A DNA stretch of 64,000 nt from the human T2T-CHM13v2.0 reference genome, Homo sapiens, in assembly GCF_009914755.1 (NCBI RefSeq), contig NC_060942.1; one strand, 5' to 3'. The notes under the pieces are model-generated. The model saw only the letters and a list, made by a program, of their open reading frames with translations. It was not told the origin of the DNA and did not search any database. Made by a program: the position numbers and the translations under genes. Positions within the stretch are counted from its first letter, which is position 1. Every line of letters begins with the position of its first letter. Below, in pieces: positions 48,165-64,000 of this stretch.

Positions 48165-49753
48165 TAAACTTATATTCTTAACAGAATTCTTCTTCATTCC
48201 CTTTTATCCTTTTATTTTCATTATACACAGATACAGAAAACCATACAAAATAAATATAGAACTTAATGAATTATAATAAGGCAAACATCCTGGAACCACT
48301 ACCCAGATCAAGAAGCAAAACTTTTCTGGACACCCTAGAAGCCCTCCACATGCCCCCATATTCACAATCTCCACTCTCCCTCTAATAGTGCTTAACTAGT
48401 ACCCTGAGTTTTATTGCGTTCACTTTTGTGCATTTCTTTATGTTTTATTTCACCCAAGCGTGCATCCCTGGGCTCTAGTTAGTCTTACCCATTTTAAAAA
48501 TCTGATACACTTTAAAATTCACCTTTAACATACACTTATTTTGACTTATCTATTGAGCATCTAGATTGTTTGCCCCATAGAGGTTCCCATAGTCTGGGTT
48601 TTGCTGATTTCATACTCATGGTGGAGTTCATCATGTTCCTCTGCATTTTGTATTGCCTGAAAATTGGAATCCAGATTCAGAGATTTGATCAGCTTCAGGT
48701 TCAATCTTTTTGGCAAGGCTAGAGGCCATGTGTTTATTTCATCAGGAGGCACATTATGTCTAGTTTGTCTCTCTTCTATGTTGTTAGGAGTTATCTATGC
48801 TCAATGTCTAGATTTGTTAATCCTTGGGAGCTGCAAAATGCAATATTCTATAATTACTTTTATAACTACTAGTTGGAATATTCTCTTTCACATTACTTGT
48901 TTACTTAATGATTTAGTTCATATAGAATGGTAGGATAAATGCTTGATTTGTCTTCTTTATTTACTAATTTTCAAGATAAATTTGTTCTCTCTTATATTCC
49001 ATATGTAATCGATTTTTAAAAAATATCACATTAACTCATAGATTTAAAAATATTTGATGGTTTTAAGTCAATTGAAATAATTATCCTTAATGAACTTAAA
49101 TTTGTCCCATCTTTGGTCAGTGGGAGCCTTTTAGGTTGGTTTGGGGGTCTTTTTGACATGAAAGTAGTAATCTTTGAGAACTTCTTTGATATCTGGTATG
49201 ACAAGGTATTCTAAACTCAACTTAAACCTTTCCTGCCCAGTCCTGGAATCAGTATGTTTCCAAAAAGCCCTTTCTTTTTTTAGTGGGAAATGGTATTACA
49301 AGAACACAATCTGGGTACTAGGGAGATATATTGTCATTGCTACTGGGTTAATCATTGTTCTTAGGCCTTTTCAGTGAGAAGAACTAGGATATAAATACTA
49401 TAGGGTTCTTATGTAACCTCTTCTATATATGTTTATTCTTAGATCTTTATTCCATACTAAGAATCTTGGTTCTCAAGGACATGGGAGATGATGGAATTGG
49501 AATATTCTATAACTATCCATTTGCTTTAACCCATAGTATATGCACAGAAAACATTATCAGTACTACCCCTGCCCACATATGATTAAAGAGCAAACAATTT
49601 TATTTTACATGTGGTCCCTCTATTCTTTTCTCATTTTTACATAGTTGTGCTATATTTACATTGTCAGAGCAAATAAACGTATTATGCTCCCCAACCAGTG
49701 AACGCTCATTTAGTCTTAGTTCTACAAATAATTGTGTTTAATGTTTGCCGCTA

Positions 49754-50105
49754 CAGGTGGTCCATGACTTATGATTTTTCTGCTTTATGATGATACAAGA
49801 TTGATATGCATTCAGTAGAAACTGTACTTTGAATTTTGAGTTTAGATCTTTTTCTGGGCTATTGATATGTGGTATAGTATTCTCTCGAGATTCTGGGTAG
49901 GTGCTCAGCCATGCAATTACAAGGGTAAACAACTGATACTCCAAAGTGTACTGTGTTGCCAGTGTTTTTTGGATATTGTGGGGTTTTTTTGTTTTGTTTT
50001 CACATCCCACCATGTTTACAAAATGCCCATTTTTGACTTAAGGTATTTTCAACTCACAATGGGTCTATCAGGGATGTAATCCCGTTGTAAGTAGAGGAGC
50101 ATCTG
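49754..50105. mobile_element. Tigger3/MER7-like MITE
   Basis: TIR-like ends caggtggtccatgactta…taagtagaggagcatctg flanked by TA dinucleotides. Confidence 0.8.
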
Positions 50106-50693
50106 TAGTTCTTATGTCTGGTCATTTTGGTTGTTTAGAGCTCATTGTCTAGTACATTTCTCAGAATGTGTTCATGGAATCAATATTTCCTGCGTTCATC
50201 CATGCTTATAACAGTTTGTATGTTTTATACTTGAAAGTCAGTTTTTCTGGATATAAAAATCTGACTCACATGTTTTTCCTTGAGTGTATTAAAATGCTAC
50301 ACACATCATTTTCTTCCAGCATAAACCATTCCTGTTAAAGGGTCCAATGATAACTCAGTTTTCATTTTGTTAAGTAAGTTGTTCTTTCTGTCCAGAAATC
50401 CAAAGTGTTTTTAAAGAAATTCTTTAAAGTCTTGTAATTTTACAAGAATATGTCCTGATGTTGATTGTTCAGGGTCAATTTCTCAGGTACATGGTGTGTT
50501 TACATGGTGTGTTCTTCCAATATGTAGCTTCAAATCAACTTTTTATTTCAGGAGAGTTTAAAAAAATCATTGTTTTTCTTACTTGTTCTGTTCCTTTGAT
50601 TTTCTTCTGAAGGGACTTCTATTATCTGTATGTCTAATCTTTTTTGTCTGTTTTTGATATTTGTCAATTTCTCTTTTTAACTCTTCATTTGTG

Positions 50694-50910
<217 letters not shown>

Positions 50911-51131
50911 TAGTTCCTTTTTTTTTAGTGTATTTTTACCTTTTTGTAGATTTTACTAACCTACTTTCTAAAACATAGCAGTTTACAGTCCAAACAGCAA
51001 GTAATACAGAGTTCATTTCTCAACATGGTCACCAGAATAGAATGTTAGCTCAGTTTTTGCTGCTCTATGTCAAGAATGATACTGTGCTGTTTTGATTTAC
51101 ATCCTACAAATGTGAATAGGCACCTGTCACT

Positions 51132-51167
51132 TTATTTACTGGCTTTTGACTTATTTACTGGCTTTTG
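51132..51167. repeat. 19-bp-period tandem duplication
   Basis: ttatttactggcttttg twice. Confidence 0.85.
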
Positions 51168-51564
51168 TATTTTTTTCTCTGATTATTTTTATTTATAAGC
51201 TTTGACCAAGATTCTTTTGGGTTATCTTTTCTTACTAATTTGTAGAAATACTTTAAGCAACTATAACATTTACCCTTTTTGTTAATGTGTGTCAATATTC
51301 CTCCCACCAATTGTATTTTAACTTTATCATATATTTTGCCACACAGAAATATTTAATTTTATTTAGAATAGATCTTTTACTTTATATTTTCTAGAATTTG
51401 TATTTTATTACAAGTAATAATTCTGACCACAATACTATCTATATATTCTCCTAACATTTATTTTAATGCATTTTGTTACTTTGTGTTATTGCTTAGATTT
51501 TAAATTTACTTAGATGTAGTTTTTACATGGGATGAAGAAGAATTTTAGTGTTCCTTCAATTATA

Positions 51565-52030
<466 letters not shown>

Positions 52031-53188
52031 GATATTATTTTTTGTGATAGTGTAGTGGGAAAATAGTAGTAGGAAACAAATATGTTAGTCCAACTCTCTG
52101 AGACTGAGATTCATAAATTAAAAAATGATCTTTCTTACAGGACAGATGTGAAATTAATTAGATAATAAGCAAGGCTACTAGCATGTATCAGGTAATCATA
52201 AAACGGTAACTAATTATTCCATTGTTATTCTTTCTACTGTTAATACTACTATTACTAGCAATATTATTGCCACCAATACCAGCAGGTATTGAAGTCATTT
52301 ACCAGTTAAGAGTCAGGACACTTGGGTTTCCTAGCCTCTGTCACTGACTGGCTGGGTACCCACAGACAATTAATTTATCTAGGTTTCCATTTCATTCTCT
52401 TTCTCTCTACACACACACACACACGCAAGCACACACCATGCCACATGCACACACACACACATAATGAGGGGATGGCCTAAGTCAAAGTCACGGCTGAGCT
52501 GCTGGTATTAAAACAGCTGCCTAGTTACATTAATTTTAGAAAAGGATGTAGAAACCCAACATGTTGCCAGAGAAAATATGTCTGCGGGCTTCTAGTTTGC
52601 CATTCCAGATGAAAATACCTAGGATTTGGACTTGAAATAAATAAAGACATAAATTAACTTGGAAATGACAGTGACTACATGACATATTTTTAAAATATTG
52701 GACTTTCTATAAATACAATTCTTTCTTCTCAAGCCCTACTTTAAAAGCCCTCATTTTAAATTAGATGTACCTATGGTAAAAATATAAAATAATAAACATA
52801 AAAACATACTTAATTTTTTTCCTTATCATCCAAGCACAATCTGTTTTTAGGGCTCTTTTACTGCTGTGAGTAATAAATGACAGAAGCAATTTAGTTTTTC
52901 TAGACCAACTCCTTGGTGTACTCAACTTTCTAGGAGCCTTTGATGAATAATGTGTCAGGTTTTAAAGGGAAATAAGATATAATGCACTTAAATTCTATAG
53001 TATTATAGCTTCTACTAATGATCTATTTGAGAAAATAGCTCTAACATCTTAAAAGCCAACCTCTTTTTGAAAAGTCTAGGGTATATACAGTAGCATTGCT
53101 TTGAAGAGGAAACTATTCTCCTTTGAATAATGACAATGTTGCAACTACAACAGGACGTTTGAAATTATCCTTAAAGATACTGTGTTAC

Positions 53189-56247
<3,059 letters not shown>

Positions 56248-57137
56248 AAAGATACTGTGTTACTTGAAAATTGAATATGGAACTAGAAAAATGATGTCAT
56301 TAGGAATCCATTTCAGCTGGCCATTCTTTCTGTATTTTACCTAAGGCCGAATGGCTACGTCATGGAATTGCAGTGCTTGACCTGACAGCATTACTTCTCC
56401 CATGTGTCTGTGCAATGATTTGTTGGTATCTTACTAAGCTATCATTAGAAAGTGATGTTGCCCTAAAGAAGGTCAAATGTGCAGCCAGGGACTAAAAACA
56501 GTGAGCTGCAAGGGTAGTGTGCTGCTGGGGGAAATTAAAAGTTCTCCATAAAGTTATGAAAACCATGAATGTATATAAATATTTTTCCAACAGAATATTT
56601 TAAATCCACTGATGTATTCTGCATGTATGACCCCTAGGTTTGTAGACCATTTTATAATTCTCAATGACTGTGTGACCTTTAGGCCATGCAGAATAAATAT
56701 GTGCTCCAAAAAGTTTTAAATGTTATATTACCTATTGTGAAAAAGATAAAAACAAAACAAGTCCAAAATGCACCAAAATGAGGCTCCAGCTATTTCCCTG
56801 AGAATTGGGATAATGTATATCATTGGACAAGCAGTAACCAGCACGAATAGGTTTGCATGTTCTTGGAGATTTCTGTAAAGCAAGGAAACACACGATGGGT
56901 CAGCACTGAAATCCCACATGACAGCTTTCCCTGGCTCCCTCCCTACTCTGCCCTTGGAGCCTGCCCTGCAGTTCCTGATTTTTTTCTTCAGGACTCCATT
57001 TAGAGCAGGGAGCTTAATTTTGTTGATAGGGACAGAATGAGAGCAGTGTCCCTATTTCAGGGTCTTATTTTGACAGATGTTTCAGTGATCAGCCTACCAT
57101 TTCATAATTTTTTCTGAATACCTTGTTTTCATCTATA

Positions 57138-58130
57138 CCAGCACCACACCATAGCATCACTATCACCACTGTCACTGCTACCACCATCACAATCACGACC
57201 ACCACCACCACCACTGTCACCATCACTATCACCACAATCACAACCACCATCATAACCACCACCGCCACCACTGTCACCATTGCTATTACCATAATCATCA
57301 CCACCACCATCACGACCACCACCGCCACCACCGTCACCATCACAACCACCACTGCCACCCATTACCAACACCACCACCACCATGGTCATCACCACCACTG
57401 CCACCACTGTCACCACCACCACCACCATCACATCACCACCACCACCACCATCACCTCACCACCACCACCACCATCACCACCACCACCACCACCATCACCT
57501 CACCACCACCACCATCACCACCACCACCACCACCACCATCACCATCACCACCACCACCATCACCATCACCACCACCATCACCACCACCACCACATCACCA
57601 TCACCATCACCACCACCATCACCACCACATCACCACCACCACCACCACCACCACCAAATCACCACCACCACCACCACATCACCATCACCACCACCACCAT
57701 CACCATCACCACCACAATCACCACCACCACATCACCATCACCACCACCACCACCACCACATCACATCACCACCACCACCACCACCATCACCACCACCACC
57801 ACCACCACCACCACATCACCATCACCACCACCATCACCATCATCACAATCACCACTGCCATTACTATTACCATCACTGTCACCACCATCACCATCATCAC
57901 TGCCACTACCATCACCATTACCATCACCATTACTATCACTACCACTACCACTGCCATCACCATAATTACCACCACCATCACTACCAACACCATCACCAAC
58001 ATCACCACCATCACCATCACTATCATCACTGCTACCACCATCACCATCACCACCATCGCCATCATCACCATCACTGCCATCATTATCACCAACACACCAA
58101 CATCACCACTATGGTCACCATCACCATCAG
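57138..58130. repeat. ~1 kb (CAC/CAT)n low-complexity tandem repeat; (TGG/TGA)n on the DLGAP1 sense strand
   Basis: Seen directly; purest core at about 57410-57845, degenerate flanks. Confidence 0.97.
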
Positions 58131-58287
58131 TAACATTAATTCTCACCTTGATGATCACAGTGTCTTCCAAACTAGCCTCTCTGCTTCTAGCTTCTCATTC
58201 TCTCCAATCTTTCCTATGTTTTTTTGCCAGATTAGTTATCCTATGTCAAAGTTAGATTCATATCCCTTGCTTGTTTAAAAGCCGAAG

Positions 58288-58657
<370 letters not shown>

Positions 58658-58791
58658 TGACTGGACCTCCTGTCTGATCCATCAATGGTCTACTGGATGA
58701 ATGACTGCCTCCCCACCTCATGCCCTCTCAATTCTCACTAACCTTCCTGCCACTAATGGCTCCTGACCACCGCTGCCCTGACGGCCCTCAC

Positions 58792-58969
58792 CTGGCTGAT
58801 GGTGCTCATGGCTCGCATGTAGCTCTCATTCCTGGAGCGGAACTTTGGTGATGTGAGCAAGCCTGCAGGGTCCAGGCTGTCCAGGCTCCGGTTGATGGAG
58901 ACTTCACTCACTGCCCTCAGGTAACTATGACTCCGGATCTGGAGTTTGGGTGAGTGTTCATTGGAGATT
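58792..58969 (-). CDS. DLGAP1: DLGAP1 (GKAP/SAPAP1) internal coding exon, 178 nt, with two GK-binding repeats (RSHSYLRAV, RNESYMRAM)
   Basis: Translates ISNEHSPKLQIRSHSYLRAVSEVSINRSLDSLDPAGLLTSPKFRSRNESYMRAMSTISQ, recognised as DLGAP1. Acceptor ttcccttccag|A (phase 2), donor CAG|gtgagg (phase 0). Confidence 0.96.
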
Positions 58970-59406
58970 CTGGAAGGGAACAATGGAAGAGGTGCATTAG
59001 TCACATTCCAAAATGCAGGAAGCAATAACATGTGGCACTATTGTCATTTATGTAGCACCCTAAATACTGGGACAAATGACATAGATGCCCTTCTGTGATT
59101 ACTAAACTCCCCCACAGTGTCTCAGAAGGAAGAGCTTTTGACAGGAAATCATCAAGATCTGATGACATTCGAGAGCAATTAACATTCTCTTCAACCATGA
59201 ACTAATTGCCTCATTCACATTTTTCTAGCCATCCTAGGAAGCAGATAATAAGCAGCAATTGTCCTGCCCAGGAATTCTGACTTGTGTAATTTGTAAAGCT
59301 TTTCTTTGTATCTATTTCTTTCCTGTGGCCATCTTTTTGTTTTTGGACTGTTTGGTAACAGTAAGTGGGTATATATCTATATCTATATTTTTATCTATCA
59401 ATTTAT

Positions 59407-59455
59407 CTTCCTTCCTTCCTTCCTTCCTTCCTTCCTTCCTTCCTTCCTTCCTTCC
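59407..59455. repeat. (CTTC)12 / (GGAA)n microsatellite
   Basis: Perfect tetranucleotide run. Confidence 0.96.
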
Positions 59456-59639
59456 ATCTTTAACTCTCTAATATAGTTGAAATTGAACTTCGTGAACAGA
59501 ACTTACACCTTAGCCATTAAAAAGGCACAACTCTCAATCTTTATATGTAAAGACAAGTCACTACACACTTTGTATTCTTTGGATTTATTCTAGGATGCAT
59601 TGTAAAATTATAAAAGTAGAAAATGCTAATTGCAAATAG

Positions 59640-60114
<475 letters not shown>

Positions 60115-60410
60115 TTTATTTTAATTTTTGAGACAGAGTCTTGCTCTGTCGTCCAGGCTGGAGTGCAGTGGCATGATCTTGGCTCACTGCAGCCTCCGCC
60201 TCCTAGGTTCAAGCAATTCTCATGCCTCAGCCCCTGAATAGCTGAGACAACAGGTACACACCACCATGCCTGGCTAATTTTTGTACTTTTTGTAGAGATG
60301 GGGTTTTGCTATGTTGGCCAGGCTGGTCTTGAACTCCTGGCCTCAAGTGACCTGCCTGCCTCGGCCTCCCAAAGTGTTGGGATTAAAGGCATGAGCCACT
60401 GTGCCCGGCC
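60115..60410 (-). mobile_element. AluS/J
   Basis: TSD aatgttagttatttt at 59789-59803 and 60411-60425 encloses both Alus. Confidence 0.92.
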
Positions 60411-60629
60411 AATGTTAGTTATTTTTAAAGTTTCTTTTCACATGGTATTAGTGCGATTTTTCTTTCTTTATTAGATTTCTTTCATTTTGGCTGTAACATT
60501 GTTCCTAATTAAATAAATTAAAGTTGATAGGGAAAAAGATGTATGCCCCCATAGCCGCTATTATTTATCATCCTAGCCAGTGAAATCAGAAAATTTTGAA
60601 AAATAAGTAATATAAACATTGTAAAGAGA

Positions 60630-61830
60630 TAAGATTTGAGTATTTATAGATTATGTAATCAATTATCTGTAAAGTAAGAGAAAATCATCTGAAAAACCAT
60701 GAGAACTTTTAAGGGAAATCCTCAAGGTAGCTAGATACAAGGTAACAATACATAAATTAACAGCTTTTCCACGTAACATCAAATAAAATTTTAATGAAAA
60801 AAATTCCCTTTAAAATTGCAAAACATAAAATACACAGAAATTACAAAAAAGAAACGCATCAAATTTTATGAAGAAAATGATAAAATTTATGGAAGGCACT
60901 AAGTAAGTGCTAAATTAATGCAAAAAACCCCCACAACAATTTTCCTGTAAAAAAACTTAAATTTTCCCTAAATTTATCTATAAATTTAACGTAATTGCGA
61001 CAAAAATCTCCATGTCAATTTTACCTTTTTTCTCTTTTTGAGATGGAGTCTCACTCTGTCGCCCAGGTGGAGTGTAGCTCACTGCAACCTTCACCTCCTG
61101 GGTTCAAGTGATTCTCCTGCCTTAGCCTCCCGAGTAGCCGGAATGACACACGCACGCCACCGCGGCCGGCTAATTTTTGTATTTTTAGTAGAGATGGGGT
61201 TTCACCATGTTGGCCCGGCTGGTCTCAGACTCCTGACCTCAAGTGATCTGCCCACCTTGGCCTCCCAAAGTGTTGGGATTACAGGCATAAGCCACTGCCC
61301 CATAAATCTCCATAGAAATTTTATTCAAATGTAACAAACTCATTTTAAAGTTTATATAAGATTCAGAGCAGCATTATTCATAACAGACAAAAGGTGGAAG
61401 CAACCCAAATGTCTAACTCTGAGTAGATGAAATGTGGTAAATGAACTATTTGACTAAAAAAAGGAATGAAGTATTGATACATGCTATAATATAGATGAAC
61501 TTTGAGAACATCATGCTAACTGAAAGAAGCCTCATATTACAAAAGACCACATATTACATGATTCTACTTACATGAAATGTCCAGAATAGGCAAATCGCTA
61601 AAGATAGAAAGTAGGTGAGTGGTTGACTAGAGCTGGGCGGGGAAAGCATAGGAAGATGGTGGCATTAGGAAGTGATATCTGAAGGGTATGGAGTTTCTCT
61701 TTGCAGTGATAAAACAGTTCTAAAATTAGTTATAGTGTTGGTTGCACAACTCTGAATATATGAAAATCATTAAATTGTACACTTGAAAATGGTGAATTAT
61801 ATGTTATGTGTATTATATTTCCACAAAACC
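60630..61830 (+). mobile_element. Old L1M fragments (ORF2 and 3'UTR)
   Basis: caaggtagctagatacaagg and gcagcattattcataacagacaaaaggtggaagcaacccaaatgtc…aaaatggtgaattatatg. Confidence 0.7.
61021..61300 (-). mobile_element. AluS
   Basis: TSD aaatctccat at 61004-61013 and 61304-61313. Confidence 0.9.
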
Positions 61831-62094
61831 GTTGTAAAAAATTACGTGAGTCCTCAAAATAATCAGATTTCCTTACGGAGTTTAGAGGGTAGACTAAACT
61901 GGGCAATACTAGAGAAAGAAGGCCAGTTAAGGTGGTTGCAATGTTGCTATAATCTAAACAAGGGAAAAGGGCTCAGTTAAGTATTAGTGGTAGTAGAGAG
62001 GAAGAGATAGATTTGAGAATCCACACGAAAATTAAATGTGGTTGATGAGTAAGGAGGTCTAAAGGTTCTAAGAACAGCCAGAAAATAAAAATAA

Positions 62095-62519
<425 letters not shown>

Positions 62520-63534
62520 TGAAATAAGGACTCCAGAAACAGAACTAAGTATGTGTTTGAATATAATATATTGCAAACGTGGCAGTTGGAATAGGCAAGG
62601 AAAAGATCAAGTATTTAATAATGGAGTTAGACCTTTTTTGCCTCCACTTGGGGAAAAATGAATTCCTACTAAGCATATAGATGAAAAATAATATTTTAAA
62701 AACTTAAAGTTCTCCAATACAATATAGATTATATTTTATAATCTCAATTTCTATACTTAAACAATTTAAAGAGAAATTTATCAATGTTTTATGAATAAAA
62801 AAACCTATAAAGCCTTATGGAAGGCAATAAAGAAGGCCTAAAGAAATGCAAAGGAATATGGTAGAGAAAGACTTTAGAAGCATCGTGGTAAACTTAGATG
62901 CCATAAAGAGAAAGGTTAATGAATGGAAGTACATGAAAATTTAAAACTTTTGTTCAGCCAAAGATCCTGTCAACAATGTTAAGAAAAATAGTCATTGTGT
63001 ATAAGAACATATTTGCAACACTAAGCAGCAAAAAGGGTTCACATGCATAATATTTAAATTATGAATAAAAATAATGAAACCAACACAATAAAAAATGGTC
63101 AAAGCCTATAAAGAGGGAATCATAAGAAAATAAATATATAAATTCACAGGAAAGTAACTTTATATATCACCAAGCATATGACAAAATGCTCGATCTCACT
63201 AGTAATTAGAGAAATGTGGATTTTAAAAAACATACATTTACACATTACATTCATGTACATCCATCTTGATGTCCTCAAATTGTAAAGATATTCCCTATAT
63301 TCTAAGTGTCCTCTTAGTAGCATTGTGTACGATTGCATCTATTCTTAAAGCTTGTATGGAATTACTTAATATATAACAGCCAAAAACTATTCTTAATAAT
63401 ACTAAACCCTGAGAATGTGATAAGCAACCACTTTTTGCAGCTGCACTGAGGGAGAAACCAAATTAAGACAGATCTAGAATATAACATCGAAAGTAAATCT
63501 CTTATTGCATTTTACTGTTACAAAAGATAAACTA

Positions 63535-63673
63535 GGCTGGGTGCAGTGTGGCTCACACCTGTAATCCTAGCACTTTGGGAGGTCTACGTGGAAGGAACTC
63601 TTGAGCCCAGACCAGCCTGGGCTACATAGTGAGGCCCTGTCTGTATTTTTTAATATAAAAAAGTAAAAGAAAA
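63535..63673 (+). mobile_element. FLAM/left Alu monomer
   Basis: ggctgggtgcagtgtggctcacacctgtaatcc…gaccagcctggg. Confidence 0.8.
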
Positions 63674-64000
63674 AAATTGTTCTAGAAATGTGCCCTATGG
63701 ATCCTTCAAGTAGTGGTCAAACATGAAAATAGTTTGCCAGGTCAAGGTAATATTTTCCATGTGTTACGTGCTATTATGGTGATTCCAGCTGCATCGCTTT
63801 ATAATACCAATGCCAAAAATTTCAACCAACAAACAAACTGAAAAATTCGTTTTCCTTTTAAGATCTTTTTTAGAAAAAGAGAATCGTAGCTGGAAGCATT
63901 TATAACCTAAAGTTCACTTCTCTTTAGAACTTGCGCATTAGATGACAAATGTGTTTCTTTGACTATTTTGCAACCTGACCCAGAGCAATGATATTGCCAA

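Noticed and set aside
57089-58278. 280-aa, 298-aa and other poly-Thr/His/Pro/Val ORFs
   Set aside because: They are translations of the (CAC/CAT)n repeat, which lacks stops by composition; no evidence of a real mucin-like or His-rich gene.

Overview
This is primate, almost certainly human, genomic DNA from inside DLGAP1 (GKAP/SAPAP1, a postsynaptic PSD-95/SHANK scaffold), which is transcribed on the - strand. Only two coding exons are present: 58969-58792 (178 nt) and 45832-45592 (241 nt). Together they encode three RxxSYxRA GK-binding repeats. The rest is intron: about 40 Alu copies or fragments, a full-length inactivated L1PA7/8-like element (10341-17043, -), a 5'-truncated L1PA2/3-like element (53189-56247, +), MLT1, Tigger3, MER53/58/94, MIR, L2 and old L1M relics, microsatellites and a 1 kb (CAC/CAT)n tract. 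There are no RNA genes, CRISPR arrays or prokaryotic systems, and almost all listed ORFs are repeat-derived or spurious. The best candidate for something undescribed is a set of signals converging on the 241-nt exon: it starts with a recursive-splice-type CAG|GTGAGC site, is very CpG dense, has a CTCF-like palindrome just upstream of a weak acceptor, and lies where Alu orientation flips and between two inverted L1s. Also notable are two perfect CRE palindromes (one in a dense motif cluster), an open ORF0-like frame in the old L1, and several nested insertions readable from TSDs. All regulatory claims are hypotheses from sequence alone, and repeat subfamily calls and boundaries were made by eye.
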